In this document: piece after piece, positions 40,427-50,259 of the stretch | How positions within the stretch are numbered: the first letter of the stretch is position 1 | Layout of the letters: every line of letters begins with the position of its first letter | NCBI GenBank assembly: GCA_965214775.1 | Contig: OZ243974.1 | Span: 640,001-704,000, forward strand | Length of the DNA stretch: 64,000 bases | Source: Nitrosopumilus sp. | GTDB taxonomy: Archaea > Thermoproteota > Nitrososphaeria > Nitrososphaerales > Nitrosopumilaceae | Direction: 5' to 3' | Program-made: the position numbers and the translations under genes | The notes under the pieces: model-generated | Databases searched by the model: none | Seen by the model: the letters and a program-made list of their open reading frames with translations, nothing else | Told to the model about the DNA's origin: nothing

Positions 40427-40533
40427 ACAGTTCGGGTTCTGGAAGCACTTTCTGATTTCAGGTACAAATTCTATTTTGATCGGCAGTCATTAGTAGCAAA
40501 AATTCGTACCTGAACTTACATAACTCGAACTGT
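40427..40533. mobile_element. MITE family E, copy 2
   Basis: Nested IRs ACAGTTCGGGTTCTGGAAG/CTTACATAACTCGAACTGT and TTCAGGTACAAATT/AATTCGTACCTGAA. Confidence 0.6.
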
Positions 40534-40670
40534 CACAATGGAGCAGATTATACTCCAAAGTCGTCTGCCCTTCTAGAGATACTGGAACAGCCAACAGAAC
40601 AATGCAGATATTGGCTATGCCATAAGGCATGTTTTCTTATCATTGCTATCCAGGAACAGCAATTATGTCA

Positions 40671-42848
40671 TCATGGATCCGGGCAGCCGTCCAGATCGTT
40701 GTCACCGTCATAATCTTCCGGATCATATGGGCACATATCCTCGTCGTTGATGATGTCATCTAGGTCATCATCATGGACAAACCTCTGCTGTTCTGGGGCA
40801 GTATCCGGGCAGCCGTCCTCGTCCAGATATTTGTTCCAGGTTTCAGGGCTTGTCGGGCACGAGTCTGCTCCGTCATAATAGCCATCACTGTCAGAATCAT
40901 ATCTTGTCGGCTCGGTGGATTCTGCTCCCGGAACGTCCGGGCAGCCGTCCCAGTCAAGGTAGCCATTGAAATTTTCTTGTTCATCAATACAAGAGTCTTT
41001 TCGGTCTTCAATTCCGTCACCGTCAGTGTCCGGGAATGTATAGGACGTAACAGCAGAGCCTAATGTTGTATCAGGACAGCCGTCAAGATCCTGGAAGAAG
41101 TTGTAGGTTTCAGGTTCTAGTGGGCAAACATCGGATATATCTACAACCCCGTCTTGGTCAGCATCAGTAGTAATCGAGAATTTATCAGGACAGCCGTCAG
41201 TGTCCTGGAAGTCATTGTATACCTCAGCTCTGGTCGGGCACTGATCAATATGATCACCAATTCTGTCACCGTCAGTGTCTGCAACAAGTTTGTTATCAGC
41301 AACCAAGTCAGGGCAGCCGTCAAGATCCTGGAATCTGTTGTAGGTTTCCCTAGCTGTCGGACATTGATCTACGTCATCAGTAATGCCGTCAAAGTCAGCA
41401 TCGCCAAATGAATCATATGCAATTGTGTCAGGGCAGCCATCCTCGTCCTGGAATCCATTGTAACGTTCGCCAACAGTTGGACAGGAATCAAGCTCGTCTG
41501 GTATTCTATCATAATCAGAATCAGGCAATGCCGGCTTTAAGATGCCAGGAACGTCAGGACAGCCGTCAGCATCCAAATAACCGTTAAAGTTTTCAGGTTC
41601 GTCATCACATGCATCCCATCTGTCGTCAATTCCGTCACCGTCAGCATCCGGAAAGGCATAGAATGAAACCACAGAGTCTGCAGAGTCAGGACAGCCGTCA
41701 GCATCCTCAAAGAGATTGTAGGTTTCAGGTTCTGACGGGCATGCGTCCGTTGTGTTTGGAATGCCATCGAAATCAGAATCCAAGACAGAGACAAAGCTGT
41801 CAGGACAGCCGTCAGCATCTTCGTATCCGTTGAAAGTTTCTGGCTGGTTTGGGCACAGATCCAAGTTGTCAATTATACTGTCACCGTCAGTGTCAAATGC
41901 AAAGTTGTTATCGGCAACCAAGTCAGGACATCCGTCGGTGTCCTGTAAAAGATTGTAGGTTTCTTTATTGTAAGGACACATGTCAAATTCGTCTGGTATT
42001 CCATCATAATCAGAATCACCAGTGTTTGTCAGCCTAACACTGTCAGGACATCCGTCCTCATCCTGAAAGTTGTTGAAATTCTCACGTTCTGTCGGACAGG
42101 CATCAAGATCATCGGGAATACTGTCATAGTCCGTATCAGCTAGTCCAGCTGAATCTATTCCAGGCACTTCCGGACATCCGTCCAAGTCAAGATATTCATT
42201 GAAATTCTCACGTTCATTCAAGCACTGGTCCCATCTATCATCAATGCCGTCGCCGTCGGTGTCTGGGAAAGAGTACGGAGCATCAATTCCGTCAACGGAA
42301 TCCGGGCAGCCGTCCAGGTCGTTGAGTTTGTTGTAAGTCTCCGGTTCCAGCGGGCATGTATCCTTCCTGTCTGAAATTCCGTCTTGATCAGCATCTCTGA
42401 GGGCCAGCTCGTCGTCAGGGCAGCCGTCGCCGTCATCAATTCCGTTAAAGACTTCGGCTTGGGTAGGACACAAGTCCACATAGTCAGGATAGCCGTCGCC
42501 GTCGGTGTCTGCCGTTCCGGAGCCTGCGTCTCCAGATAGATCCGGACAGCCGTCGCCGTCATCAACCATGTTGTAGGTTTCTTTTACGGTCGGACACTGG
42601 TCTATATGATCTTGAATTCCGTCATAGTCTGCGTCATACCATGGAACAAAATCAGCGGGACAGCCGTCAATGTTGTTGCCGTATTCCGGATCATAGTCCT
42701 CCAAAAGATGGGGGCAGAGATCAGCATTATTTGGAACGCCGTCTCCATCTGTGTCAATATCAGTGCCAGCAGCATAAACGCCACTGGGCATCATGCCAAT
42801 TGACGCCGTAACTAAAAGCAAAAATCCTAAAAGAAGCTGTTTTTTCAT
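40671..42848 (-). CDS. Secreted thrombospondin type-3 repeat (Ca-binding) protein C
   Basis: Signal peptide MKKQLLLG; about 20 repeats of DxDxDGxxDxxDxCP...DxDGCPD. Confidence 0.92.
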   Translation of the reverse strand: MKKQLLLGFLLLVTASIGMMPSGVYAAGTDIDTDGDGVPNNADLCPHLLEDYDPEYGNNIDGCPADFVPWYDADYDGIQDHIDQCPTVKETYNMVDDGDGCPDLSGDAGSGTADTDGDGYPDYVDLCPTQAEVFNGIDDGDGCPDDELALRDADQDGISDRKDTCPLEPETYNKLNDLDGCPDSVDGIDAPYSFPDTDGDGIDDRWDQCLNERENFNEYLDLDGCPEVPGIDSAGLADTDYDSIPDDLDACPTERENFNNFQDEDGCPDSVRLTNTGDSDYDGIPDEFDMCPYNKETYNLLQDTDGCPDLVADNNFAFDTDGDSIIDNLDLCPNQPETFNGYEDADGCPDSFVSVLDSDFDGIPNTTDACPSEPETYNLFEDADGCPDSADSVVSFYAFPDADGDGIDDRWDACDDEPENFNGYLDADGCPDVPGILKPALPDSDYDRIPDELDSCPTVGERYNGFQDEDGCPDTIAYDSFGDADFDGITDDVDQCPTARETYNRFQDLDGCPDLVADNKLVADTDGDRIGDHIDQCPTRAEVYNDFQDTDGCPDKFSITTDADQDGVVDISDVCPLEPETYNFFQDLDGCPDTTLGSAVTSYTFPDTDGDGIEDRKDSCIDEQENFNGYLDWDGCPDVPGAESTEPTRYDSDSDGYYDGADSCPTSPETWNKYLDEDGCPDTAPEQQRFVHDDDLDDIINDEDMCPYDPEDYDGDNDLDGCPDP

Positions 42849-42923
42849 TATCCCTGACTTCGCTATTATCAAGTATTTATTAAGTCTCACGTTAAATGAG
42901 TTTCCTAAGGATTTGACGCTGGA

Positions 42924-45140
42924 TCATGGATCCGGGCAGCCATCCAGATCGTTGTCGCCGTCATAATCTTCCGGATCATATGGGCACATGTCCTCGTCGT
43001 TGATGATGTCATCCAGGTCATCATCATGGACAAACCTTTGCTGTTCTGGGGCAGTATCCGGGCAGCCGTCGCCGTCCATATATTTGTTCCAGGTTTCAGG
43101 GCTTGTCGGACACGAGTCTGTTGCATCCGGATAGCCGTCATGGTCAGAATCTGCATAGGTTGGAGTAGTTGATTCGGCACCTGGAACATCCGGGCAGCCG
43201 TCCCAATCAAGGTAGCCGTTGTAGTTCTCCTGCTCGTCAATGCACGAATCCCACCTGTCTTCAATGCCGTCACCGTCAGTGTCTGGGAAAGAGTATGTAG
43301 GGCCCACTGCATCGGCAGTGTCAGGGCAGCCGTCGCCGTCATTGAGTCTGTTGTAAGTTTCCGGTTCTAGCGGGCATGCATCAGAGACATCCATTATTCC
43401 ATCCATATCTGTATCAACTTGTGATAGTTGATAATCAGGACATCCGTCAGCATCTTCAATACCGTTGAATGTTTCTGGCTGTGTCGGGCACAAATCAGAC
43501 ATGTCTGCAAATCCATCGCCGTCGGTGTCTGCAACCAACTTGTTATCTGCAACAAAGTCCGGGCAGCCGTCGGTGTCCTGGAATCTGTTGTAGGTTTCTT
43601 TGATTTCAGGACACATGTCTACATCATCAAATATTCCGTCACCGTCAGTGTCTCCTATTTTCATGTAATCAATACTGTCCGGGCAGCCGTCGCCGTCCTG
43701 GAACTTGTTGTAACGCTCAGCTAAAGTAGGACAATTGTCCAGATGATCTGCAAGGCCGTCATAGTCAGTATCAATCATATCACCGACAGTAGTCCCTGGA
43801 ACATCCGGGCAGCCGTCCCAGTCAAGGTAGCCGTTGTAGTTCTCCTGCTCGTCAATGCACGAATCCCACCTGTCTTCAATGCCATCACCGTCAGTGTCTG
43901 AGAAAGAGTATGAAGGGCCCACTGCATCGGCAGTGTCAGGGCAGCCGTCGCCGTCATTGAGTCTGTTGTAAGTTTCCGGTTCCAGCGGGCATGCATCCAT
44001 TGTATTTGGAATGCCATCAAAATCAGAGTCATGTTTTTCCATGTGTTGATCAGGGCAGCCGTCATCATCAAATAAACCGTTGAAAGTTTCTGGCTGTGTC
44101 GGGCACAGATCCAAGGCATCTGCATATCCATCGCCGTCGGTGTCTGCAATCAACTTGTTATCAGCAACCAGATCAGGGCAGCCATCTTCGTCCTCAAACA
44201 TGTTAAATGTTTCAGGGCTAAAAGGACATGCGTCATCAAAATCCATTATTGTGTCTCCGTCTGCATCACCGGTAGTAAATAATCGTAAAACGTCAGGGCA
44301 GCCGTCGCCGTCCTCAAATTTATTATAATTTTCACGATCCAAGGGACATTGATCCATGCCGTCTGGAATGCCGTCATAATCAGCATCAGGAATTTCCAAC
44401 GATTCTGCACCTGGAACATCCGGGCAGCCGTCCCAGTCAAGGTAGCCGTTGTAGTTCTCCTGCTCGTCAATGCACGAGTCCCACCTGTCTTCAATGCCGT
44501 CGCCGTCGGTGTCTGGGAAAGAGTACGGAGCATCAATTCCGTCAACGGAATCCGGACAGCCGTCGCCGTCTTGATATCTATTGTAAGTTTCCGGTTCCAG
44601 CGGGCATGTATCCTTCCTGTCTGAAATTCCGTCTTGATCAGCATCTCTGAGGGCCAGCTCGTCGTCAGGGCAGCCGTCGCCGTCATCAATTCCGTTAAAG
44701 ACTTCGGCTTGGGTAGGACACAAGTCCATATAGTCAGGATAGCCGTCACCGTCGGTGTCTGCCGTTCCGGAGCCTGCGTCTCCAGATAGATCCGGACAGC
44801 CGTCGCCGTCATCAACCATGTTGTAGGTTTCTTTTACGGTCGGACACTGGTCTATATGATCTTGAATTCCGTCATAGTCTGCGTCATACCATGGAACAAA
44901 ATCAGCGGGACAGCCGTCAATGTTGTTGCCGTATTCCGGATCATAGTCCTCCAAAAGATGGGGGCAGAGATCAAGTTCGTTTGGGACGCCGTCTCCATCA
45001 GTGTCAATCTCCCCGTTGGCAGCAGTAGCTGCAGCTGCATAAACGCCGCTTGGCATCGCTGTCATAGTCATCATCATCATCGTGCCAGTTGATACTACCG
45101 CAGCTAGAAGCAAAAATCCTAAAAGAAGCTGTTTTTTCAT
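42924..45140 (-). CDS. Secreted thrombospondin type-3 repeat protein B
   Basis: Same architecture as protein C; 615-bp higher-order repeat at 43181, 43796 and 44411. Confidence 0.92.
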   Translation of the reverse strand: MKKQLLLGFLLLAAVVSTGTMMMMTMTAMPSGVYAAAATAANGEIDTDGDGVPNELDLCPHLLEDYDPEYGNNIDGCPADFVPWYDADYDGIQDHIDQCPTVKETYNMVDDGDGCPDLSGDAGSGTADTDGDGYPDYMDLCPTQAEVFNGIDDGDGCPDDELALRDADQDGISDRKDTCPLEPETYNRYQDGDGCPDSVDGIDAPYSFPDTDGDGIEDRWDSCIDEQENYNGYLDWDGCPDVPGAESLEIPDADYDGIPDGMDQCPLDRENYNKFEDGDGCPDVLRLFTTGDADGDTIMDFDDACPFSPETFNMFEDEDGCPDLVADNKLIADTDGDGYADALDLCPTQPETFNGLFDDDGCPDQHMEKHDSDFDGIPNTMDACPLEPETYNRLNDGDGCPDTADAVGPSYSFSDTDGDGIEDRWDSCIDEQENYNGYLDWDGCPDVPGTTVGDMIDTDYDGLADHLDNCPTLAERYNKFQDGDGCPDSIDYMKIGDTDGDGIFDDVDMCPEIKETYNRFQDTDGCPDFVADNKLVADTDGDGFADMSDLCPTQPETFNGIEDADGCPDYQLSQVDTDMDGIMDVSDACPLEPETYNRLNDGDGCPDTADAVGPTYSFPDTDGDGIEDRWDSCIDEQENYNGYLDWDGCPDVPGAESTTPTYADSDHDGYPDATDSCPTSPETWNKYMDGDGCPDTAPEQQRFVHDDDLDDIINDEDMCPYDPEDYDGDNDLDGCPDP

Positions 45141-45154
45141 TCCAAGAAATACTC

Positions 45155-47590
45155 CTAATTATCAGGACATCCGTCTGAATCCCTATCCCCGTCATAATCC
45201 TCTGCTTCCAGAGGGCACATGTCATGCTCGTTGATAATACCATCCAAGTCAGCATCGTGTTTGTATCTTGATTGCTCTGGAGCAATGTCCGGGCAGCCGT
45301 CGTGATCATTGTATTTGTTCCAAGTCTCTTTCAAGTCACTGCATGCGTCAACTTCGTCACGAATTCCATCTTGATCAGAATCCGTTACTGTATTTCCAGT
45401 AGGCAGCACATCTGGGCAACCGTCATAGTCGACATATCTGTTCCACACTTCGCCTTGTTCTGGACATATGTCCATTACATCTGGAACTCCATCACCGTCA
45501 GAGTCAGGTCTTGCATCATCAATGTCCGGGCAGCCGTCGTCGTCCTGGAACGCGTTATAATTTTCAGCGGCTAGGGGACAGTCGTCATAAACATCCAGGA
45601 TGCCGTCACTGTCTGAATCAACATCCATTGATTCTAGGATGGAATCAGGGCAGCCGTCGTCGTCCTGGAATTTATTGTAGGTCTCTTTGGAAATCGGACA
45701 TGCATCAACATCGTCTGGAATCCCATCCATATCTCTGTCTTGGCCCAAAATGTAATCGTCAGGGCAGCCGTCCATATCTAGAATTCCATTATAGGTTTCT
45801 GGCTGGTTCGGACAGTGATCCCTGTAATCGTTAATTTCATCACCGTCAGAGTCCGGAGTTCCTTTGTTATCACCTACAGTGTCAGGGCAGCCGTCGTCGT
45901 CTTCAAACATGTTGTAAGTTTCTGGAACTAGCGGGCATTGGTCAGTCTCATCAGCTAATCCGTCAAAGTCAGAATCTGCTTCAGTAACAAAGTCAGGATA
46001 GTCAGGGCAGCCGTCGTCGTCCTGGAATCCGTTGTATCTTTCTCTTTCAAGCGGGCATTGGTCAACAGAATCTAGAACGCCATCAAAGTCAGAATCTGCT
46101 TCAGAAGGATTATCCGGGCAGCCGTCATGATCCAGGTATCTGTTCCATGTTTCAGTAGATGACGGACATTGGTCTAGGGAATCCCTAATTCCGTCACTGT
46201 CAGAATCAACGATTGTGGCATCCGGGCAGCCGTCATGATCCAGGTATCCGTTGACTGTTTCAGGTTCCAACGGACAGTTGTCATTCAAATCAAAAATTCC
46301 ATCACCATCAAAGTCTAATCCTGACAATCCGGCAACACTGTCTGGACAGCCGTCAGAATCATTTGCCCCGTTATAGTTTTCTTTAGCAGTAGGACATGCG
46401 TCTAAATTGTCAGGGATTCCGTCAAGATCCCTGTCTGGTATGTCATTGTCATCAGGACAGCCGTCCCTGTCAAATAAACCGTTGAAGGTTTCCGGTTGGT
46501 TCGGACACAGGTCATTAAAGTCATTGATTCCATCCCCGTCAGAGTCTGGAACTCCACTGCTGTCTCCGACAAAGTCAGGACAGCCGTCGTAATCTTCAAA
46601 CATGTTGTAAGTTTCTTTTACGTCCGGACACTGATCAACACTATTTGGAATTCCGTCTAAATCAGAATCAGCATCCCTAGAATAAGGCGGAATGTCCGGA
46701 CAGCCGTCGTCGTCCTGGAATCCGTTGTATCTTTCTGGCTCTAACGGACATGCGTCGTCTGCATCCGCTATTCTGTCACCATCAGCATCATCAATGGATC
46801 CTGCAAACGAGGGAATTGAGTCCGGACAGCCGTCGTAATCTGCAAAACGATTGTAAGTTTCAGGATCACTAGGACAAATATCAAACTGGTCTGCAATTCC
46901 ATCACCGTCTGCATCATCAAACGAAGTATCTAATACAGCGTCGGGACAGCCGTCCTCGTCCATATAGCCATTAAACACTTCAGGTTCTGCAGGACACAGA
47001 TCAATTTTGTCTTGTATGCCGTCATTGTCAGTATCAATAAATTGCAAGTCATTAATTGAGTCAGGACAGCCGTCCTCGTCCTGGAATCTGTTGTAGGTTT
47101 CGCTACTCAGCGGGCATTGATCGAGATAGTCCGAAACTCCATCCAAGTCTCTGTCACCAGAACCAAACGTGTCAGGACAGCCGTCTCTGTCCAAAATTCC
47201 GTTGAAGGTTTCCGGTTGGTTCGGACAATTGTCAGCCGTATCGGCAAAACCGTCACCGTCAGAATCAGGCAGACCGCCCTTGCCTCCAGCCGGGGAAATA
47301 TCAGGACAGCCGTCCTCGTCCTGGAATAAATTGTAATGTTCTTTTAGGCTTGGGCATTGGTCAATATGATCTTCAATTCCATCATAGTCCTCGTCATACC
47401 ATGGAACAAAGTTTGAAGGACATCCGTCTATTGTTCCTTCATAGTCTTCTTGAAGATTTGGGCATGCATCCATTGAGTCATCTATGCCGTCATTATCCAA
47501 GTCATCAGCGGCATAAACTGTTGCCAAAGGCATACTAGTCAAGGTAGTAACAAGCAACAATAGGAACGGTAAAACGTGTATTTTCTTCAA
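45155..47590 (-). CDS. Secreted thrombospondin type-3 repeat protein A
   Basis: Signal peptide plus TSP3-like repeats; more diverged from B and C. Confidence 0.92.
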   Translation of the reverse strand: MKKIHVLPFLLLLVTTLTSMPLATVYAADDLDNDGIDDSMDACPNLQEDYEGTIDGCPSNFVPWYDEDYDGIEDHIDQCPSLKEHYNLFQDEDGCPDISPAGGKGGLPDSDGDGFADTADNCPNQPETFNGILDRDGCPDTFGSGDRDLDGVSDYLDQCPLSSETYNRFQDEDGCPDSINDLQFIDTDNDGIQDKIDLCPAEPEVFNGYMDEDGCPDAVLDTSFDDADGDGIADQFDICPSDPETYNRFADYDGCPDSIPSFAGSIDDADGDRIADADDACPLEPERYNGFQDDDGCPDIPPYSRDADSDLDGIPNSVDQCPDVKETYNMFEDYDGCPDFVGDSSGVPDSDGDGINDFNDLCPNQPETFNGLFDRDGCPDDNDIPDRDLDGIPDNLDACPTAKENYNGANDSDGCPDSVAGLSGLDFDGDGIFDLNDNCPLEPETVNGYLDHDGCPDATIVDSDSDGIRDSLDQCPSSTETWNRYLDHDGCPDNPSEADSDFDGVLDSVDQCPLERERYNGFQDDDGCPDYPDFVTEADSDFDGLADETDQCPLVPETYNMFEDDDGCPDTVGDNKGTPDSDGDEINDYRDHCPNQPETYNGILDMDGCPDDYILGQDRDMDGIPDDVDACPISKETYNKFQDDDGCPDSILESMDVDSDSDGILDVYDDCPLAAENYNAFQDDDGCPDIDDARPDSDGDGVPDVMDICPEQGEVWNRYVDYDGCPDVLPTGNTVTDSDQDGIRDEVDACSDLKETWNKYNDHDGCPDIAPEQSRYKHDADLDGIINEHDMCPLEAEDYDGDRDSDGCPDN

Positions 47591-47728
47591 TGCCTAAGAT
47601 TACCGTGGTGATCCAGTTATTAAACCTCACTCTAGAATCGTCCAAAAAGCCCAATAGATTTGAGAAAAGTTTCAAAGTCAGACAGAAAACCCGATCAATT
47701 TAAGTAAACGAAAACAGGTTTTCAACTC

Positions 47729-48760
47729 ATGAGTTGTTCTGGAGAAGTAATTGAACAAGACGATCAGCTGATTCGGATCAAGCCAGCCGTCTCAGAACAG
47801 CTAAAAAGGGCCAAGTACGGAGTGGCAGATCATTCGACAGTCGAGCTTTGCCATTGGACAAAAAAATCGTTCAGGCACGAAGGCAGCTGCTATAAGCACA
47901 AGTTTTATGGAATCTCAACTCACAGATGTATGGAGTTTTCTCCAGCTGGAATGCATTGTGAAAATAGATGCGTGTATTGTTGGAGACCGATGGAGTTTTA
48001 TGACTCGCTGGAAATGAGGCCCGAACACGTTGCAGAACCAGAAGGGATATTGGAAAAGCTGATGGCCGAAAGAAAGAGGCTGATCAACGGGTACTACGGA
48101 GACTCTCGAAACGATAAGCAGAGATTAGACGAGTCATTGTTGCCAAGTCATTATGCAATTTCACTTTCTGGGGAACCGACAATGTATCCCAAACTTCCAG
48201 AACTCATCAGATACCTTAATTCACTTGAAGATACAAAATCAGTTTTTCTTGTAACAAACGGACAAGAACCAGACATGATTCAACGATTGCAAGACGAGGA
48301 TGCACTGCCTACGCAGTTGTACCTGTCAACAAACGCGTCAGATTATGAGTCGTTTATAAATATTAACAAGCCGAGATATGATGATTCTTGGGAAAGATGG
48401 AACCGCACTTTAAACATGCTAAAGGGATTAGATACCAGAACCGTTTTACGAATAACTTTGATAAGAGGCTATAACGATAAAAAGGAAATGATTCCTGCAT
48501 TTGCAGAAATGCTCGGAAAAGATAGCCCCCATTTTGTTGAAATTAAATCATACATGCACATTGGACGCTCAACAAATCGATTAGAGCGTTCAAACATGTT
48601 AGAAATGCAAGAAGTCAGAGAGTTTAGCAGTCAGGTAGCAAAACAAAGCAGGATATTTTCAGTAATGGACGAAAGCTTTGTCTCAAGAATATCGGTGCTG
48701 CAAAATAACGAACGGTTCATTGATCGGTGGATTCCTGCCTACGCAGACAATACCAGCTAG
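47729..48760 (+). CDS. taw1: 4-demethylwyosine synthase (radical SAM)
   Basis: CHWTK, CYKHKFYGI.THRC, CENRCVYCWR, ISLSGEP. Confidence 0.95.
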   Translation: MSCSGEVIEQDDQLIRIKPAVSEQLKRAKYGVADHSTVELCHWTKKSFRHEGSCYKHKFYGISTHRCMEFSPAGMHCENRCVYCWRPMEFYDSLEMRPEHVAEPEGILEKLMAERKRLINGYYGDSRNDKQRLDESLLPSHYAISLSGEPTMYPKLPELIRYLNSLEDTKSVFLVTNGQEPDMIQRLQDEDALPTQLYLSTNASDYESFININKPRYDDSWERWNRTLNMLKGLDTRTVLRITLIRGYNDKKEMIPAFAEMLGKDSPHFVEIKSYMHIGRSTNRLERSNMLEMQEVREFSSQVAKQSRIFSVMDESFVSRISVLQNNERFIDRWIPAYADNTS

Positions 48761-49289
48761 CAAATTTTGTCAAGGCTTTGCATCTGTGGGACAGTTCGTT
48801 TTTGTTCCTGGTTTCTGCAAATGTTTTAGACGAATTTTTTGGAATGAAAACCGGGTCATACCCCCAGCCCTTCCCTTTTGGTTTTTTAGAGATCATTCCT
48901 TCAATCTTTCCCTTGAAAGATTTTGTGATTTTTTTGTCGCAGTAAGTAATCAGAGAGACAAATTTTGCATCCCTTCTTTTTGCACGAAGCAAGTTCAGAA
49001 TTCCTCTGTTACCAATTGTTTGAAAGGCAAAAGACGAGTATGGTCCGGGAAACCCGGCAAGCGAGCTTATGAACAGTCCGTCGTCTTCAACAATTAGTGG
49101 CTTGTTGCATCTTGAGAATGCATCTTTTGCCTTTTTAGTTGCAATCTTTTCAATCGAATCGGACTGAACTTCCTCCAAACTTAGTTTTAAGAAACCCAGT
49201 CTGATTCCAGATGAACCAAGAATGGCTTGTGCCTCCAGATACTTGTGCTTGTTTGAGGAGGCAAAGAAAAGATCAGACGACTGTTGCAT
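48717..49289 (-). CDS. rdgB: Non-canonical purine NTP pyrophosphatase (Ham1/RdgB)
   Basis: SSNKHK, VEDDGL, FPGPYS, GWGYDPVF, SHR. Confidence 0.93.
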   Translation of the reverse strand: MQQSSDLFFASSNKHKYLEAQAILGSSGIRLGFLKLSLEEVQSDSIEKIATKKAKDAFSRCNKPLIVEDDGLFISSLAGFPGPYSSFAFQTIGNRGILNLLRAKRRDAKFVSLITYCDKKITKSFKGKIEGMISKKPKGKGWGYDPVFIPKNSSKTFAETRNKNELSHRCKALTKFASWYCLRRQESTDQ

Positions 49290-49893
49290 ACCTTCCACGA
49301 CTCTCAATTTCTGAAACCAGATGCAAGATTTGGGCACGCCTGGAGGCCCCTACAATTGATTTGTACCCGGCAAGAAAGTTTTTCCAGCTTGGCTGCATGA
49401 TTTGGGCATGGGCACTATTCAAAATTTCTTTGATTAATCGCAGATCGACTGCATGATCCTCGGGTTTGGTTGAGTTTTGAGACAGTCCAAAATCAATGAT
49501 GTAAATTCGATTTTTGTAAAAAATAAAGTTGGACGTTGTTAAATCTCCGTGCATTATTCCGTTTTTGTGAAGAATGCCTGCCAATCTTCCCATTTCTTTG
49601 GAGAGTCTGGCAATTTTGGAGTTTGGCAGATCGTGTACAGGAGTGCCCGGTATCTCTTGCATGAAAATTGCCGAATCCTTAACATTTACAAAATATACCA
49701 GTGGCGAAGAAACGCCAAAGGATTTGACATGGGAAATGGTTTGTGCTTCCTTGATAGTCCTGTGTTTTCGAATTTTATAATCCAAGGCAGGACTCCTGTA
49801 AGACTTTGGCCTGCGTATCTTTAGAATCGCTTTAGAGCCATTCCATGCCGTCTGATAGATGTCGGCCTCTGCGCCTTTTTTGAGCAGCTTCAT
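49273..49893 (-). CDS. bud32: KEOPS kinase Bud32
   Basis: GAEA, HGDLTTSN, IDFGL, AVDL, RGRY. Confidence 0.95.
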   Translation of the reverse strand: MKLLKKGAEADIYQTAWNGSKAILKIRRPKSYRSPALDYKIRKHRTIKEAQTISHVKSFGVSSPLVYFVNVKDSAIFMQEIPGTPVHDLPNSKIARLSKEMGRLAGILHKNGIMHGDLTTSNFIFYKNRIYIIDFGLSQNSTKPEDHAVDLRLIKEILNSAHAQIMQPSWKNFLAGYKSIVGASRRAQILHLVSEIESRGRYATVV

Positions 49894-49929
49894 TAACGTT
49901 ATATCCAGAGGGATTCAATAAAAGTCAAC

Positions 49930-50259
49930 ATGTATGAGGGAGAGAAGAAAATCAAGGACGAGGATTGTCATGAAGACAGTCTTGGTGCAGGAATTCTTAT
50001 TTTGACAAACAGGAGGCTGGCATTTGATAAGACAAGATCAAGAATGATGGATTTTTCTAAAAGGATCGAAGATACAATTCTTGACGTTCCATTAAACGAC
50101 GTCACAAAAACCTGGAAGGAGGGACTGTTGATGAAAAAAGCTTGTTTTTCTGCAAAGACTTCCGAAGGAGAGCAGACCTACAAGTTTGGAGTTTTTAACA
50201 CCGGTAGTTGGGTAAACAGCATCCAAGATGCCATGGACGGTTCACAAGAGGATCAATAG
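49930..50259 (+). CDS. Small PH-like hypothetical protein
   Basis: GILILTNRRLAF...DVPL..V pattern. Confidence 0.7.
   Translation: MYEGEKKIKDEDCHEDSLGAGILILTNRRLAFDKTRSRMMDFSKRIEDTILDVPLNDVTKTWKEGLLMKKACFSAKTSEGEQTYKFGVFNTGSWVNSIQDAMDGSQEDQ

Noticed and set aside
40671-47590. Recurring GGGCAGCCGTC motif as a CRISPR or DGR repeat
   Set aside because: It encodes DGCP in protein repeats; no reverse transcriptase and no adenine-specific variation seen
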